IMG/VR virus record: IMGVR_UViG_3300017783_000003
Span: 1 to 64,000 of that record
Strand: one strand, 5' to 3'
Origin: a virus
DNA: 64,000 bases
Made by a program: the position numbers and the translations under genes. Positions 37,501 to 45,478 of the stretch are shown one piece after another. The stretch's first letter is position 1, and each line of letters starts with the position of its first letter. The notes beneath the pieces are model-generated. The model worked only from the letters and a program-made list of their open reading frames with translations. It was not told the DNA's origin and made no database searches.

Positions 37501-39119
37501 ATCAAGGATCTATTGATACCACTAATCTTGACTTGTTCTCGAAGCAAACTATTAACAGAACACTGGATACAGGTGGTTTGGGAACTTGGAATATTAATGA
37601 GTGGAAAGTTGATCCAACTGATTCACAAGAAGATGAATACTTCATGCCTATTGGTCAAATAAGTAGCACCATTCAGTTTGAAATTGGTTCTTACATTTTG
37701 ATCGATAGAACTACTTCAGTAGCTGGTCAAAATTCCACAGTATCTCCTGTTGGTGAAGAGTTCAGTGAACTTGTACTTATTACTGGTTTAACTAACTTAA
37801 ATGACCAATCTGGCGGTAAGAAAATTACTTTAAGGGTTAGAAGAGCACAGAACCAACTAAATGGTGATGGCACTTTAATTGCAGATGTAAATCAAGCATC
37901 TGGATATAAGTATCTACGCAATGATCACCCCGACAACGCTGTTCTGGTTAGATATGATCTTTCCGAAAATGTAAGTTTCATCAATAATCCAGATGGTCTT
38001 GCCAACTCGGGTGCTGGAACACTGGATAATCTAACAACTGGTGTGTTCTCTGGCACAGTTAAACAAGGAGACATCTTTAGATTAACTGATAGTGAACTCG
38101 CATTCTTGAATGAAATTAATGTCACTAATCCTCAGATGTTGAGAGTTACTGATGGCACAACTTTAGATGTATTCACAGTTGAATCTACTACTGGTGATAC
38201 TATGGTTCTGGGTGATTTGGATATCTACTCCAATTTCTTCCAGCATGGTTCTAACACTCCAGATTTCCAAGAATTGGTAGTCTTTGATGGAAGTGATAGA
38301 AGAAGATTTACAGTTGATAGTGCTACTGGAAACACTAAGATCTTTGGTACTCTAAATATTGGTAATACCCAACTTTATGATAGATTAACTGTAGAGTCAA
38401 ATACTGGTGATTTGACAATGCGTGGTGGAGATTTGTTAATCTCTGGTGATAACCTCACCGATACCAAATTGTTCTTACAGAACAATACTGGCAACTTGAC
38501 AATCAGCGGTTTGTTTACTTCCGAAGATACGGAAGGTGAAAACACATTCAACACTGACTTAGTTGTCAATGGCGACAACTTTACCGTCAACAAAGTTAGA
38601 AATATCGGTGGCGTAGATACTCCAACCGAGATGTTTAGAACTCGTTGGATTGATGCTGATACCAACAGACCCGAAGGTGCAGCAATTAACTTTGCTGGTC
38701 AAGAAGGATTCCTCACACAAACAGGTGCTAGAAAATGGGTTTACGTTCCAACGGGTGCCGACATTATTGATGCAACTTCTAATGTCAACTACTTTATTGC
38801 TCCTACTGCAGACACTGTAATCAAACTACCAGATAATCCTCTAACTGGTGATATGATTAGATTCGTTGATACTGGTGGAAATCTAACATATAACGTCTCA
38901 CTCAAGTTTAGAGCACCTAACGGTGTTGCAATCCAAGGAGATGATACTAACTCTGGTACTTCACCAGATCCTGGTACTGATTACATTAGTGGTGGTGAAT
39001 TAGTTGTTCAAACACCAAACGCAGCATTAGGTCTTGTATTCATTGGATCTGTAAACTATGATGGAACCACAACTGGTGCTCCATCTAGTCAACAGGGTTG
39101 GTGGTTAATGGAGATTTAA
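28590..39119 (+). CDS. Giant virion structural / fibre protein (3509 aa)
   Basis: LYVSPDDFNATD...PFKTIQRA N-terminus, helical KC.RD.G repeats, beta-helix-like region, C-terminal gp9/gp10-like LP.NP..GD.IRFVD..G...GWW domain. Confidence 0.8.
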   Translation: MALTRLDNLYSSKTGKYLYVSPDDFNATDSLDNRGNSPLRPFKTIQRAFIEVARFSYLPGKDDDRFDQFSIMLMPGDHYIDNRPGIVDLNNAGRQRYFDSRNLINANRTEIVDRAFGQIVIDYDESAWGVDWVVTGDDVVGPSPDALRRGQGAYRLIQKNRTEIIDAAIAAIAAAHPTFVYPGGNDVKCRRDTGFFIDSLSLDISLGGANVYTRKFLQGYFNGNTWVDNGLQDEEAESITAFEAARDQMKLALTNQLTYKDLTLTPDPSTGSNTNTASCSGIQQNIENLTTLVTTYINQGNIDDLETVSPETRPDVGPGESKCKRDIGYIVDAVGSDIGNGGNASIIAATKAYFDGGLPLINGLVGEEAQSVIAFAQAGEMMKKAVTNQLFAKDLTISPGPAYYGVGNTLEPNLPSGNGAACIDVQNTIDTLIAIINTSISNGNLNELDDLEVSGDIPVFYYDQAKKEWNDQSVLDLSNPDNVLYKFNASTGGAIVPRGCSLVGYDLRRTIVRPLYVPDPADGTQDRTTIFNLTGGCYLWQFTIKDGDLTSNSPLYDDAAKVGKVYFQKGNNSQLAIPEYSHHKICIMEYAENAELDAYYLKVGKSFSLFQDSIDEGNLETLPQENRIVGPLSDTRNITKLKLLEQYQANGKDYVNIEATTKIPHGYFIGQYIAIVDNGLNEVLNGTFKVTYIDLEDPRIFRYDVETTLQLLSPLEVNAEGYTPSTTPELDLNCRAQAEIDSVESASPYVFNCSIRSTWGQCGMWANGAKATGFRSMVVAQYTGVSLQKDDRAFIRYDEFSNTWNQASLTDAFATTAYHTKGDAYWKDDWRNFHIRASNDAFIQCVSVFAVGFFDHFLMESGGDMSITNSNSNFGNTSLHAIGFKGFAFNQDKGGFVTDIVPVEKIDDTEFNFEQNKYYSLAIQPTKDPNNDTRLYYGADNAYDPFAKPATSISGYRLGALTNEKLYLNIKSAAGPTIPFNATLEPSGFTRYASAIESLNPDGITINNNAQDAANLIEANKEFIQKEAYGYITSKYPALLSNTNITIGKCERDIGYFVDAVITDLRLGGNINVIKAAEGYYVGGQLAYIESELNESLDAYDYVKNLCIAAMRNFDYLIRRVSTVNNSPIVDIGDTSGIIVGMQAVQYEYTTDNFTNGRLNPGATPTTTQIPAGAYVRRIIDSSRVELGAAGSYLNTGLTVNANSTGNGAYIYFSLPQTSSPSDSVNALSGVWSSVSAVKDPTVLQDTTTWGDFDPDGYPECSGIATTIQGYFRNVSLILSQGLTVVNGRYADAANLIEANKAFIANEALERMLLANPGFSVPGGNVNCLDDVNGVMDALIFNVRYGENNKIYEAGELYVQNPTVVEGEREESVEVYLNVRNIATQVMRNESVTVSGSHGLTQIIDNSVIPDYNADGTLATPLCQDVAGTITTLMAIVTQSIGTSILPGNLIGITKTTPDFTTITREEPTLDTANLAARATLFTIFVDGATTNPHNFETGTPVRLVPKAKAGTNPDKRVIRLPKGFDTNSIYYVIAPGRNTQPENYSDFSKYEDIFSSQASTKLMLASTRENAAAGIYIYSSETEAVDSNVEIQLFQYVLDSKYDLHQYTCNFPSGRTDVIQTDVPHIFDVPASTETIHKIFFRTFGEDSESRLPSIAGADQLDPGVYYYARYNSAKTFSVHTTIADAIAGVQNITFTPNSGYNWYVFCDKRTSPVKFDASRTDEDTSTGQWYMQVKDESGNADNILNRYHELGSTLKDKRSKNAYYTRLKDERPAEDRIYRLRYVIPKYAEGVRDPLNGFVIKVRSDTTRKLLPQKIVLAPVATGSPDVATFNIPIVDDQGNTIQQQLGLTSSQLDPSFSYDPYNINSVKVIPSDKTTSKVSFSIQSARQVTVGSDQRLELSVFDHTITNDALRNDTFVTVRIEAPQNDTFRSNSGLNEITWSGNSTGSGLVQAYLTVPGTDLHYLIIRNISGNISYNNLIDTTFYQTLLDANNDPVIDPATGNEQQIFAKLVKKQNSVGSEDESLSKSIKADYLYSNKLANVLTMTPGDIIEDDTNTSYRIISVEDAGEIEDSFYIFDIDEIQRRIPNQQEGVYYLTCLRGNISPFPTGAGVGQNFRNFKFSQPISQLYPLNYKNDPLWFQVVDNNGSRDETILDVPPTICAADNYIHGLVTTNDYKNSETKEVILDLIQNPALARYEYGSTIKAQAGNATSGSEDRKISISGDSPYPTENKLYVELRRPSIARSGNHTFEYLGFGPGNYSTGFPLRQEVVLEDLQDFYAQSKKEDGGIVFYTGLNSNGDLYIGNRKINAITGEETFLEQARLNDSDDEGGDLGNLVTTFELPVVFEKEITVDGDAVFNNPVSINVEPNEGNALTIFSNIDTNAGDDGTLDSNKFALSNIPSEGNITLSKNRIYSAIYALNPRGSDLASGQNYSIRTHVDQSNGDQPSNIQPDQSDTIGKAVSFGSDLPISGDILFKGREVNRTGSLGWIFANYYSVVSNDFLSVQVISAFQIEFTTITGTTLDALSGNVSITAGGEVRLTSFGGDLEPINGVRRVFSVASDNRSFIVQSPVEISPSAILTMPGAQSNPDNPTAVLEVGTLQWKEFGVLGAEALRTNTNDDGIYSLGVNTLARAEHSDANNAFTSDATTPRATLDVVGNTWISGKSLDANNWTANPSLVNRTFNGISEAFMVGGDSTTSANVATLRVSTLDDRVGINATAPQLDRTLVVYGDARITSNLRLQSNMELNGGNLTTTSTSFNLATTNALSAVAFSVATNIAIGNSAVTAQTFTFGFNAPEQEINFASFSPTTRFNVHTGAETSFIKMGLVGNDQTPTTAAPKISVVEFGGGYLNDGDSLLTGSVFKIYNRYTEVDGDLRIGSRFDPGSGTAKLNSNARVVEMFSLNTSRLSIGASAGDLEFGAKGGTTTINNSLVVEANGTVKGDFTHSGGLNTGQYSIRRGSFSTPTLSHDQGSIDTTNLDLFSKQTINRTLDTGGLGTWNINEWKVDPTDSQEDEYFMPIGQISSTIQFEIGSYILIDRTTSVAGQNSTVSPVGEEFSELVLITGLTNLNDQSGGKKITLRVRRAQNQLNGDGTLIADVNQASGYKYLRNDHPDNAVLVRYDLSENVSFINNPDGLANSGAGTLDNLTTGVFSGTVKQGDIFRLTDSELAFLNEINVTNPQMLRVTDGTTLDVFTVESTTGDTMVLGDLDIYSNFFQHGSNTPDFQELVVFDGSDRRRFTVDSATGNTKIFGTLNIGNTQLYDRLTVESNTGDLTMRGGDLLISGDNLTDTKLFLQNNTGNLTISGLFTSEDTEGENTFNTDLVVNGDNFTVNKVRNIGGVDTPTEMFRTRWIDADTNRPEGAAINFAGQEGFLTQTGARKWVYVPTGADIIDATSNVNYFIAPTADTVIKLPDNPLTGDMIRFVDTGGNLTYNVSLKFRAPNGVAIQGDDTNSGTSPDPGTDYISGGELVVQTPNAALGLVFIGSVNYDGTTTGAPSSQQGWWLMEI

Positions 39120-39122
39120 TAG

Positions 39123-40832
39123 ATGCAGTCATACACAGCAATCAGAACAATGAAAGGGTTGCCCATTGGGTCTGTGCAACCCTGGACGGGAGATCTGTCT
39201 CGTATCCCCAATGGTTGGTTATTGGCTAATGGTGCTGAATTGAACGCAGTTGATTACCCTCTACTTGCACGTATTTTAAAAGATACTTATGGTGGAGTAA
39301 ACTTCACAGGAGTCTTTCCAAATTACGACGGAACATTTAGATTACCACCCACAAATCAAAAAGGACTATCAGACATTGATTCTAGTTACTTCAATGACGA
39401 TGACGTTTCTACTGGTCTAAGAAATAATGTATTCGATACTGTTGAAGCAGGAGCACAAGTATCACAATTTATTGGTGCTGTTGGTGATTTAGGTATCCCT
39501 TCATCTTTAAACGCTGTTACTGATTTACTATTCAGTTATACTCCAGACCCAGATGGTGTTATTTTAACTACAACTTATTCTGGCACTGCTCCTTCCACAG
39601 ATGTTGCTCAAGTATATGAACCAGGAGATCTAAGTGTCACTACTAATGGGAGTGGAACTGGAGCAGCGTTTCGTGTTGTTCAGAATACCAACAACACATT
39701 CTCAATTAAAATGGTATCTGGTGGTCAATTGTATGTTCAAGAAGATACAATTACTATCTTGGGAACATCTTTTAATAAGGGAGAAGTTGCTGGTAGTGAA
39801 GTTTTGGGCACAAGTCCAACAAATGATTTAAACGTCGTAGTTGAAGCAACTGGAGATGGTTTCTTTGAAGGAACTATTGAAGGTCAGTCTGTTATTGCTG
39901 GATTTGGTATCAAACCAATTTTTATTGTTGGTAGAAAATTATCTAGAGATCATTTCCCACAACATTTTCATGTTAATGATACTGGTTTCGCAACTATCAA
40001 CAAAAATGATTCTGGAGACTTCCCTGGATTTGGTGTAGGTGTATTTGATACCCCCGAGATTCAAATTCAAGCATATTGGTATAGAAGAACAGGTTGTGAA
40101 ATTCCTTTCGATGTTGTTGGTTGTAATGATGAAGAGAGAAGAAAGAATAGATCTAAACCAAAAACTATTGAAATTATGTGGAGTGGTCAAACTGGTAGTG
40201 AAAATGATTTCAGTACCACTGTTGGTGGTAATGGTATGGTACAACCATTCCAAACAGGTCAGGGTAGATATGCTATTGCAATGGTCGAAGGTACAAAACC
40301 AATTAAAGAACACAGACCAAATAGAACTGGACCAGATCGTCATGGTGTAGGTAAAAATTGGTTTACTGAAGGACAAAAACTTAGAGTTACTGACAGTATC
40401 ACTAGTAGCAACACTAGTTGGTTATCGAGTTTGAAAGCAGACGGTAAAATTCTTGCAGGATTAACACGTCTACCATTTTCAGATACATCTAATGCAGCAA
40501 ATGCACCTAACTATGATGATGGTGGTGGTGATGGTAATGCTACTGGTTTGAGTGATGGTTTGGTTAATCCTCAACAAGTTTTAATGAACGGTGATTTAAT
40601 TCATTACAATACTACAGAAAATGCTCCTGGGTTAACTCAAGTTATTCAGGCACATAATCATGGTGGTGAATTTAACGTCCTATATAATGGAGAAGCACTG
40701 CAAGCAAAATCTCCACTTACTGCCGTAGCAGCACCTAATGTAACACCAGATGATATTTTTGATGCGTTTCAGATTACATTTACTACGACATCACCTTCTA
40801 TGGCATGTATTCACTTAATTAGAGCATACTAA
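39123..40832 (+). CDS. Tail-collar-domain fibre protein
   Basis: PIGSVQPW.G....IP.GWL..NG.......YPLL, FRLP, H.H zinc-type motifs, ends LIRAY. Confidence 0.82.
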   Translation: MQSYTAIRTMKGLPIGSVQPWTGDLSRIPNGWLLANGAELNAVDYPLLARILKDTYGGVNFTGVFPNYDGTFRLPPTNQKGLSDIDSSYFNDDDVSTGLRNNVFDTVEAGAQVSQFIGAVGDLGIPSSLNAVTDLLFSYTPDPDGVILTTTYSGTAPSTDVAQVYEPGDLSVTTNGSGTGAAFRVVQNTNNTFSIKMVSGGQLYVQEDTITILGTSFNKGEVAGSEVLGTSPTNDLNVVVEATGDGFFEGTIEGQSVIAGFGIKPIFIVGRKLSRDHFPQHFHVNDTGFATINKNDSGDFPGFGVGVFDTPEIQIQAYWYRRTGCEIPFDVVGCNDEERRKNRSKPKTIEIMWSGQTGSENDFSTTVGGNGMVQPFQTGQGRYAIAMVEGTKPIKEHRPNRTGPDRHGVGKNWFTEGQKLRVTDSITSSNTSWLSSLKADGKILAGLTRLPFSDTSNAANAPNYDDGGGDGNATGLSDGLVNPQQVLMNGDLIHYNTTENAPGLTQVIQAHNHGGEFNVLYNGEALQAKSPLTAVAAPNVTPDDIFDAFQITFTTTSPSMACIHLIRAY

Positions 40833-41698
40833 TGACAGTATACTACACAAAACAAAAAGCAAAATTTGGAGGAGTTACGGGAACAATCATTCCATTTCCT
40901 GTTTCCATTGAAATCCCATCATTTAGAGATGAGATTTTACCTGCAGGATTTTTAAAATGTGATGGAAAAATTTTAAAAGCAGATATATATCCTGCATTGG
41001 CAGCAACAATTGGTATTGGATCTGATTGCAAATTTGCTAAAGATCCAGACAATATGGCACCAGATGAAATTCAATTGCCAGATTTAGGATCGAAGTATGT
41101 TAGATCTTCTACGGCATCAGGTGAGTATTTAAACGATACATTAAATCAGAATCCTTTAATCAAAAAAGTCGGTACTGAAATTGAAATTGTATCCTTGATT
41201 GGTAGTGAAGCTACTATTTCATACAGTGGTTTGTTCCAAATTCAAGGTCAAAGTGGTATTGGATTTAATGGTAGATCCATATTAGAATTACAATCTCCAA
41301 CTACATTGAATGATCAGTTATCTGAAGAAAATTTTCAGGCACATGGACATAATGCAGACACTGCTGTTATGACATATACTGGTAGATGGACAGATAACTT
41401 TTTTGTCGCAGATTTTGGTGCTAGAGGTGGTAATGCGGCACAAACAGAAGCACAGAATGATTACGTACTACTGCCATCCCCAGAGGGTGCGTCAACTTTA
41501 GTATCACATAATCATGATATTAATTTACCAACATCTAGTGAATTACGTGCAAACAATACCCAAACAATGTTCTTTGACACATTCAACATTCCTGCTGATG
41601 GTCTAACTAGTACTGTTACAGTTACTACAGAAGATACTATTAAACTAGATGACATAACATCACCATATTATCTTGTAGAGTACATTATTAAAGTCTGA
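40832..41698 (+). CDS. Tail-collar-domain (short fibre-like) protein
   Basis: GTIIPF, PAGFLKCDG, YPAL, LPDLG, HGH/HNH, PYYLVEYIIK. Confidence 0.82.
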   Translation: MTVYYTKQKAKFGGVTGTIIPFPVSIEIPSFRDEILPAGFLKCDGKILKADIYPALAATIGIGSDCKFAKDPDNMAPDEIQLPDLGSKYVRSSTASGEYLNDTLNQNPLIKKVGTEIEIVSLIGSEATISYSGLFQIQGQSGIGFNGRSILELQSPTTLNDQLSEENFQAHGHNADTAVMTYTGRWTDNFFVADFGARGGNAAQTEAQNDYVLLPSPEGASTLVSHNHDINLPTSSELRANNTQTMFFDTFNIPADGLTSTVTVTTEDTIKLDDITSPYYLVEYIIKV

Positions 41699-41700
41699 AC

Positions 41701-43092
41701 ATGGCAATATTAGCATCCAATTTTAATTCTAGATCAGTAAACAGGGATAATACAAATTATCCTACTATTAGTAATGCTGCATCAGCTTGGTCTACGTTTA
41801 TGAACACGTATGCAGTGTATCAACGTGGTTTATATGAATGGGATATTGAGGTCAATGATTGGGGATTGCAGAAATTTCAAGTCGCTGCAGACAACTTAGC
41901 ATATGTTTATTTGGATGGAGAATATATTGGTGATGCAGGATCTTATAATACTTCGGGTAATATTTTAACCTCCACAGAGTATTATAATTTTACCGATATA
42001 ATGCGGTTGACTATTATTAATAGTGATACTGGAGTAAAACCAATGGGTGTTGCTGCTAAATTTTATGGAGCTGTATATTCCCCTCTAAATTTATCATCAT
42101 TCACAGTTGCCCCTTTAGTAGCACAAAATACTACTCAAGTAGAATTACTTTGGGTAGTTCAAAATGCTGTCAAGGTAGAAATTGATCAAGGTGTTGGTGA
42201 TGTTACTGGACAATCAAATATAACTGTAGATACATATCTAAAATCTAATAATAATTTCCAATCCCCCGCTAGAAAAACTTATACTATTAAAGCATGGGGT
42301 GCAGTAGAAGAAGATACAGATACTCTACCATTAGAAGCACTGGTTAAAAATGATAATAGACCAGATGCATTTGAAATTCCAATTTTCGCCAGTCAAGAAC
42401 CTGATACCACTATCATATATAATGTCAACCCAATAACTGGATTTGATGTCCCAATCAATGTAAGTGGTGATGGTTTTGTTTTAGTTGCAGAAGGAGGTAG
42501 TTCAGCATTTACAAGTTCTATTACACTAAATCCATTAAATCAAGGATTTAGAATTAGATTCACTACTTTACCATTTAATCCTTCTCCAGATACTACAGTT
42601 AATTCGATAGTTCGTCATGTTGATGTAGGTCCAGATAGAAAATACTTTCAAATATCTACAAGAGCGCCAGATGATGCAGAGATATTTGATTTTGGAGATC
42701 TAACTCAAGAAGTTCCATTTCCAGTTCCCCCTGGCAACTCAGAATTACAGACACCACAAATTCAATCTCCAACTACAGTTGAACTTACTGTCGCAGCATG
42801 GCAGGTAGAATTGCAAGATACTGATAGAGTTAATGAGTTGGACGGTGTTGAAGTTAGAGCAGATGATACTGACCTTGAGGTTCGTGTCAAACCTTTAGGA
42901 TCATCATGGTTGGGGTGGCAAAATCCCGACAATATATATAACACAGTTGGTGATCAAGCACCAAGGTTGATTGATAACATGGACTTTAGTCCACTAACTG
43001 CACGTAGTGGTAGTGTTGCTAATCAATTTCCAACACGTATTCGTACTAGAGTTGTAGGAACATTAACCGCAAAAAATATACTAGAAAGCTAA
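41701..43092 (+). CDS. Virion structural protein (Ig-like modules)
   Basis: AADN...VYLDG beta-sandwich N-terminus; C-terminal half paralogous to the next gene. Confidence 0.65.
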   Translation: MAILASNFNSRSVNRDNTNYPTISNAASAWSTFMNTYAVYQRGLYEWDIEVNDWGLQKFQVAADNLAYVYLDGEYIGDAGSYNTSGNILTSTEYYNFTDIMRLTIINSDTGVKPMGVAAKFYGAVYSPLNLSSFTVAPLVAQNTTQVELLWVVQNAVKVEIDQGVGDVTGQSNITVDTYLKSNNNFQSPARKTYTIKAWGAVEEDTDTLPLEALVKNDNRPDAFEIPIFASQEPDTTIIYNVNPITGFDVPINVSGDGFVLVAEGGSSAFTSSITLNPLNQGFRIRFTTLPFNPSPDTTVNSIVRHVDVGPDRKYFQISTRAPDDAEIFDFGDLTQEVPFPVPPGNSELQTPQIQSPTTVELTVAAWQVELQDTDRVNELDGVEVRADDTDLEVRVKPLGSSWLGWQNPDNIYNTVGDQAPRLIDNMDFSPLTARSGSVANQFPTRIRTRVVGTLTAKNILES

Positions 43093-44996
43093 TGCCATAC
43101 GCAACTGAGACAGGAGAAAACGGAGAACGTGGTGATCAAGGTTCCTCTAAAACTACCACTATTGACACGCCGACGTTTAAAAACGGTCGTGTAAAGAGGA
43201 TATATGGCGCTGCAGTCGGTGCAGGCGGTGGTGGTGGTCCCAGAGGTGGTGGACGTGATAATGGCGGCGGAGGCGGCGGAGGCGGTCTGTCGGATGGTAC
43301 TCTTGATGCTTTGATTGATGGAGAAATTCAAATTATTGGAGGAGGTGGTGGAAAAGGATCTACCTCCACTCGTAGAGGATCAACTCCTGGTCGTGAAGGT
43401 GATTCCAGTTATGTAAACACTGGTGCTGGTAACATCGAAGGTGGAGGTGGCGAAGGTGGTCGTACTGCTAGAGGTGGTGATGGTGGTAATGGCACTGTGA
43501 GAGATGGTGGAGAAGGTGGATCTGAAAATAATGGACAATATGGTGGCGGAGGAGCAGGATTTCAAGGTACTGCTCCAGAAAGCGGTAACCGTGCTGGTGG
43601 TGGTATTGATTGGGACCCAGGAGATAGTAGTGGAAAATTAAAAACAGATCTCGAATCTGCTTCTGGTAAGAATGGAAGAAGTGGTGGAGGAGGTGCCGAA
43701 GGTCATGATAGTGGATCTCACGATTGTGGAGGCGGTGGAGGTGGTAAAGCATATGCTGGATGGATTATACTAGAGACTGATGATGATAAAAAAGTTCTTC
43801 GTTCAAATGAACCTATTGATATTGAGTACAATGATTCTGTAGATAGAGATGGAACAGTAACTTTTAACGGATACGAAAATAACACCGATGGACCAGAGGA
43901 TATAGTTTATACTTTTACTGATGAAAATGGTGCTCAATCAGAATATTTTTTTGGAATAATACCTAAAGTTCAAGTATTTTTTAGCAGCAGTGTGCCAGAA
44001 CCACAACAAAGTTTAGATGCTGTACCAAAATACGAAACTTTTCTCACATTTGAAGGCGTTTCATTTTTTGAAGCAGAGATTCAGAAAAAAATTGGTGGTG
44101 AGTGGGTTTCAACAGATCCAGTACATGAATATGAGGAGTTAGAACCAAACGATTCATTTGATGATGATAGTATAGAGTATGAACGAAGTAAATCTCGTAA
44201 TAACATTACACAAAAAGTTACTGACATGAAGCAGTCAAATGCTGATAATGCGGCAAGATCTCCTAGAAAAACACTTTATCGCTTACAAGCAACTGATGGA
44301 TATAATACTATCAATCACAATATTGAAACAAATGCATATAATGATGATTTTGCCACAGATCCTTCAATTCCAGATTTAATTGGGAGAGAACCATTAGAAG
44401 AAGTTCTTATCAGATTTACACTATCTGGTGTTGATATGCCAACGAGAATTACTGGAACAAATTGTTTTGTACGAGATCCATTCACTCTAAGTTATACAAC
44501 AACTGCTATATACACTAACGGTAGTACAGTTGAGATTAAAACAACAACATTGCCATTTAACACAGATGAAAATGGTCTAATTAACGAAAGAACTGACAGT
44601 CTATTGATTGGAAGAACTGAAGTTTCATGGGTGACCCAAACTAGAGCACCAGTTGTAAACGAAATTTTTGATTTCGGTAACAACGTTCAAAAAGTTCCAT
44701 TCCCACAAGGAGCACAAGGAGCATTAGAAAGTTATACTGGATCACAAACTCCACAAGAATACATTAAATCACCAACAGTAATTTACCCACCAACTGATAT
44801 TGATAACTGGGAAGTTGAATTAGAAAACCCATGGGGTGTGCAAATCAAAGCAGCAGATATCAAACGACAAAATAAAGGTGACGTGAGAGATAATTTCTCT
44901 AATTTATCAGGCGGCAACACAGATCTAGAAGTTAATGTACAAAGGTTTGGTGATACTCCAAACACCAACTGGAGAAAACCTAACATCTCACCATAA
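43092..44996 (+). CDS. Glycine-rich virion/adhesin-like protein
   Basis: VGAGGGGG...GGGGGG polyglycine domain at the N-terminus followed by Ig-like modules. Confidence 0.68.
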   Translation: MPYATETGENGERGDQGSSKTTTIDTPTFKNGRVKRIYGAAVGAGGGGGPRGGGRDNGGGGGGGGLSDGTLDALIDGEIQIIGGGGGKGSTSTRRGSTPGREGDSSYVNTGAGNIEGGGGEGGRTARGGDGGNGTVRDGGEGGSENNGQYGGGGAGFQGTAPESGNRAGGGIDWDPGDSSGKLKTDLESASGKNGRSGGGGAEGHDSGSHDCGGGGGGKAYAGWIILETDDDKKVLRSNEPIDIEYNDSVDRDGTVTFNGYENNTDGPEDIVYTFTDENGAQSEYFFGIIPKVQVFFSSSVPEPQQSLDAVPKYETFLTFEGVSFFEAEIQKKIGGEWVSTDPVHEYEELEPNDSFDDDSIEYERSKSRNNITQKVTDMKQSNADNAARSPRKTLYRLQATDGYNTINHNIETNAYNDDFATDPSIPDLIGREPLEEVLIRFTLSGVDMPTRITGTNCFVRDPFTLSYTTTAIYTNGSTVEIKTTTLPFNTDENGLINERTDSLLIGRTEVSWVTQTRAPVVNEIFDFGNNVQKVPFPQGAQGALESYTGSQTPQEYIKSPTVIYPPTDIDNWEVELENPWGVQIKAADIKRQNKGDVRDNFSNLSGGNTDLEVNVQRFGDTPNTNWRKPNISP

Positions 44997-45007
44997 ATAT
45001 TATAAAA

Positions 45008-45271
45008 ATGGTTAAAAAATTATACAAATTTACTACAATATATTTTAACATAGAGGGTGATGATACTCAGTATGGATATGTAGAATTTTATTATCATATT
45101 CTCGATGATAATGGTGTCATAATGAGTACAGATTTATACAGACTCCAACCATCCACAGATTATTCTGGTTACGAAGAGACAGTTAGAACTCTGTGTGACG
45201 CAGCATTCTCAACTATGTCTCAATGTCCAGAAATCCCCGAAAGTGAAACAGCTAAAGCAGTAATCCAATGA
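45008..45271 (+). CDS. Hypothetical protein
   Basis: Late promoter ATAAATA at about 44993; 87-aa ORF. Confidence 0.6.
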   Translation: MVKKLYKFTTIYFNIEGDDTQYGYVEFYYHILDDNGVIMSTDLYRLQPSTDYSGYEETVRTLCDAAFSTMSQCPEIPESETAKAVIQ

Positions 45272-45444
45272 AATTTACAGACCAATATTCCAACAACCAA
45301 AAACCAGATGATTTTTTCATCTCTAAGATTGTTGAGATAGATGACTTACCTAACGAAAAAAAGCAAGAATTAAAATCTAATGTTCCCATTGAAGTCAAAA
45401 TAAACAATGGAGAATGGGTTTTAATTGATCCTTCAGACCTATAA
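45268..45444 (+). CDS. 58-aa stand-alone fibre-module-like protein (not in ORF track)
   Basis: MKFTDQYSNNQKPDDFFISKIVEIDDL...SNVPIEVKINNGEWVLI; ATGA overlap. Confidence 0.5.
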   Translation: MKFTDQYSNNQKPDDFFISKIVEIDDLPNEKKQELKSNVPIEVKINNGEWVLIDPSDL

Positions 45445-45447
45445 ATA
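45440..45447 (+). promoter_or_regulatory. T4-type late promoter
   Basis: TATAAATA upstream of the 1847-aa fibre gene. Confidence 0.75.
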
Positions 45448-45478
45448 AGAAGAGACTATCTGAACAGACGAGCATTTT

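Noticed and set aside
43200-43750. GGT/GGC-rich low-complexity DNA as a separate repeat element (also 47460-47960)
   Set aside because: Fully explained by polyglycine coding.
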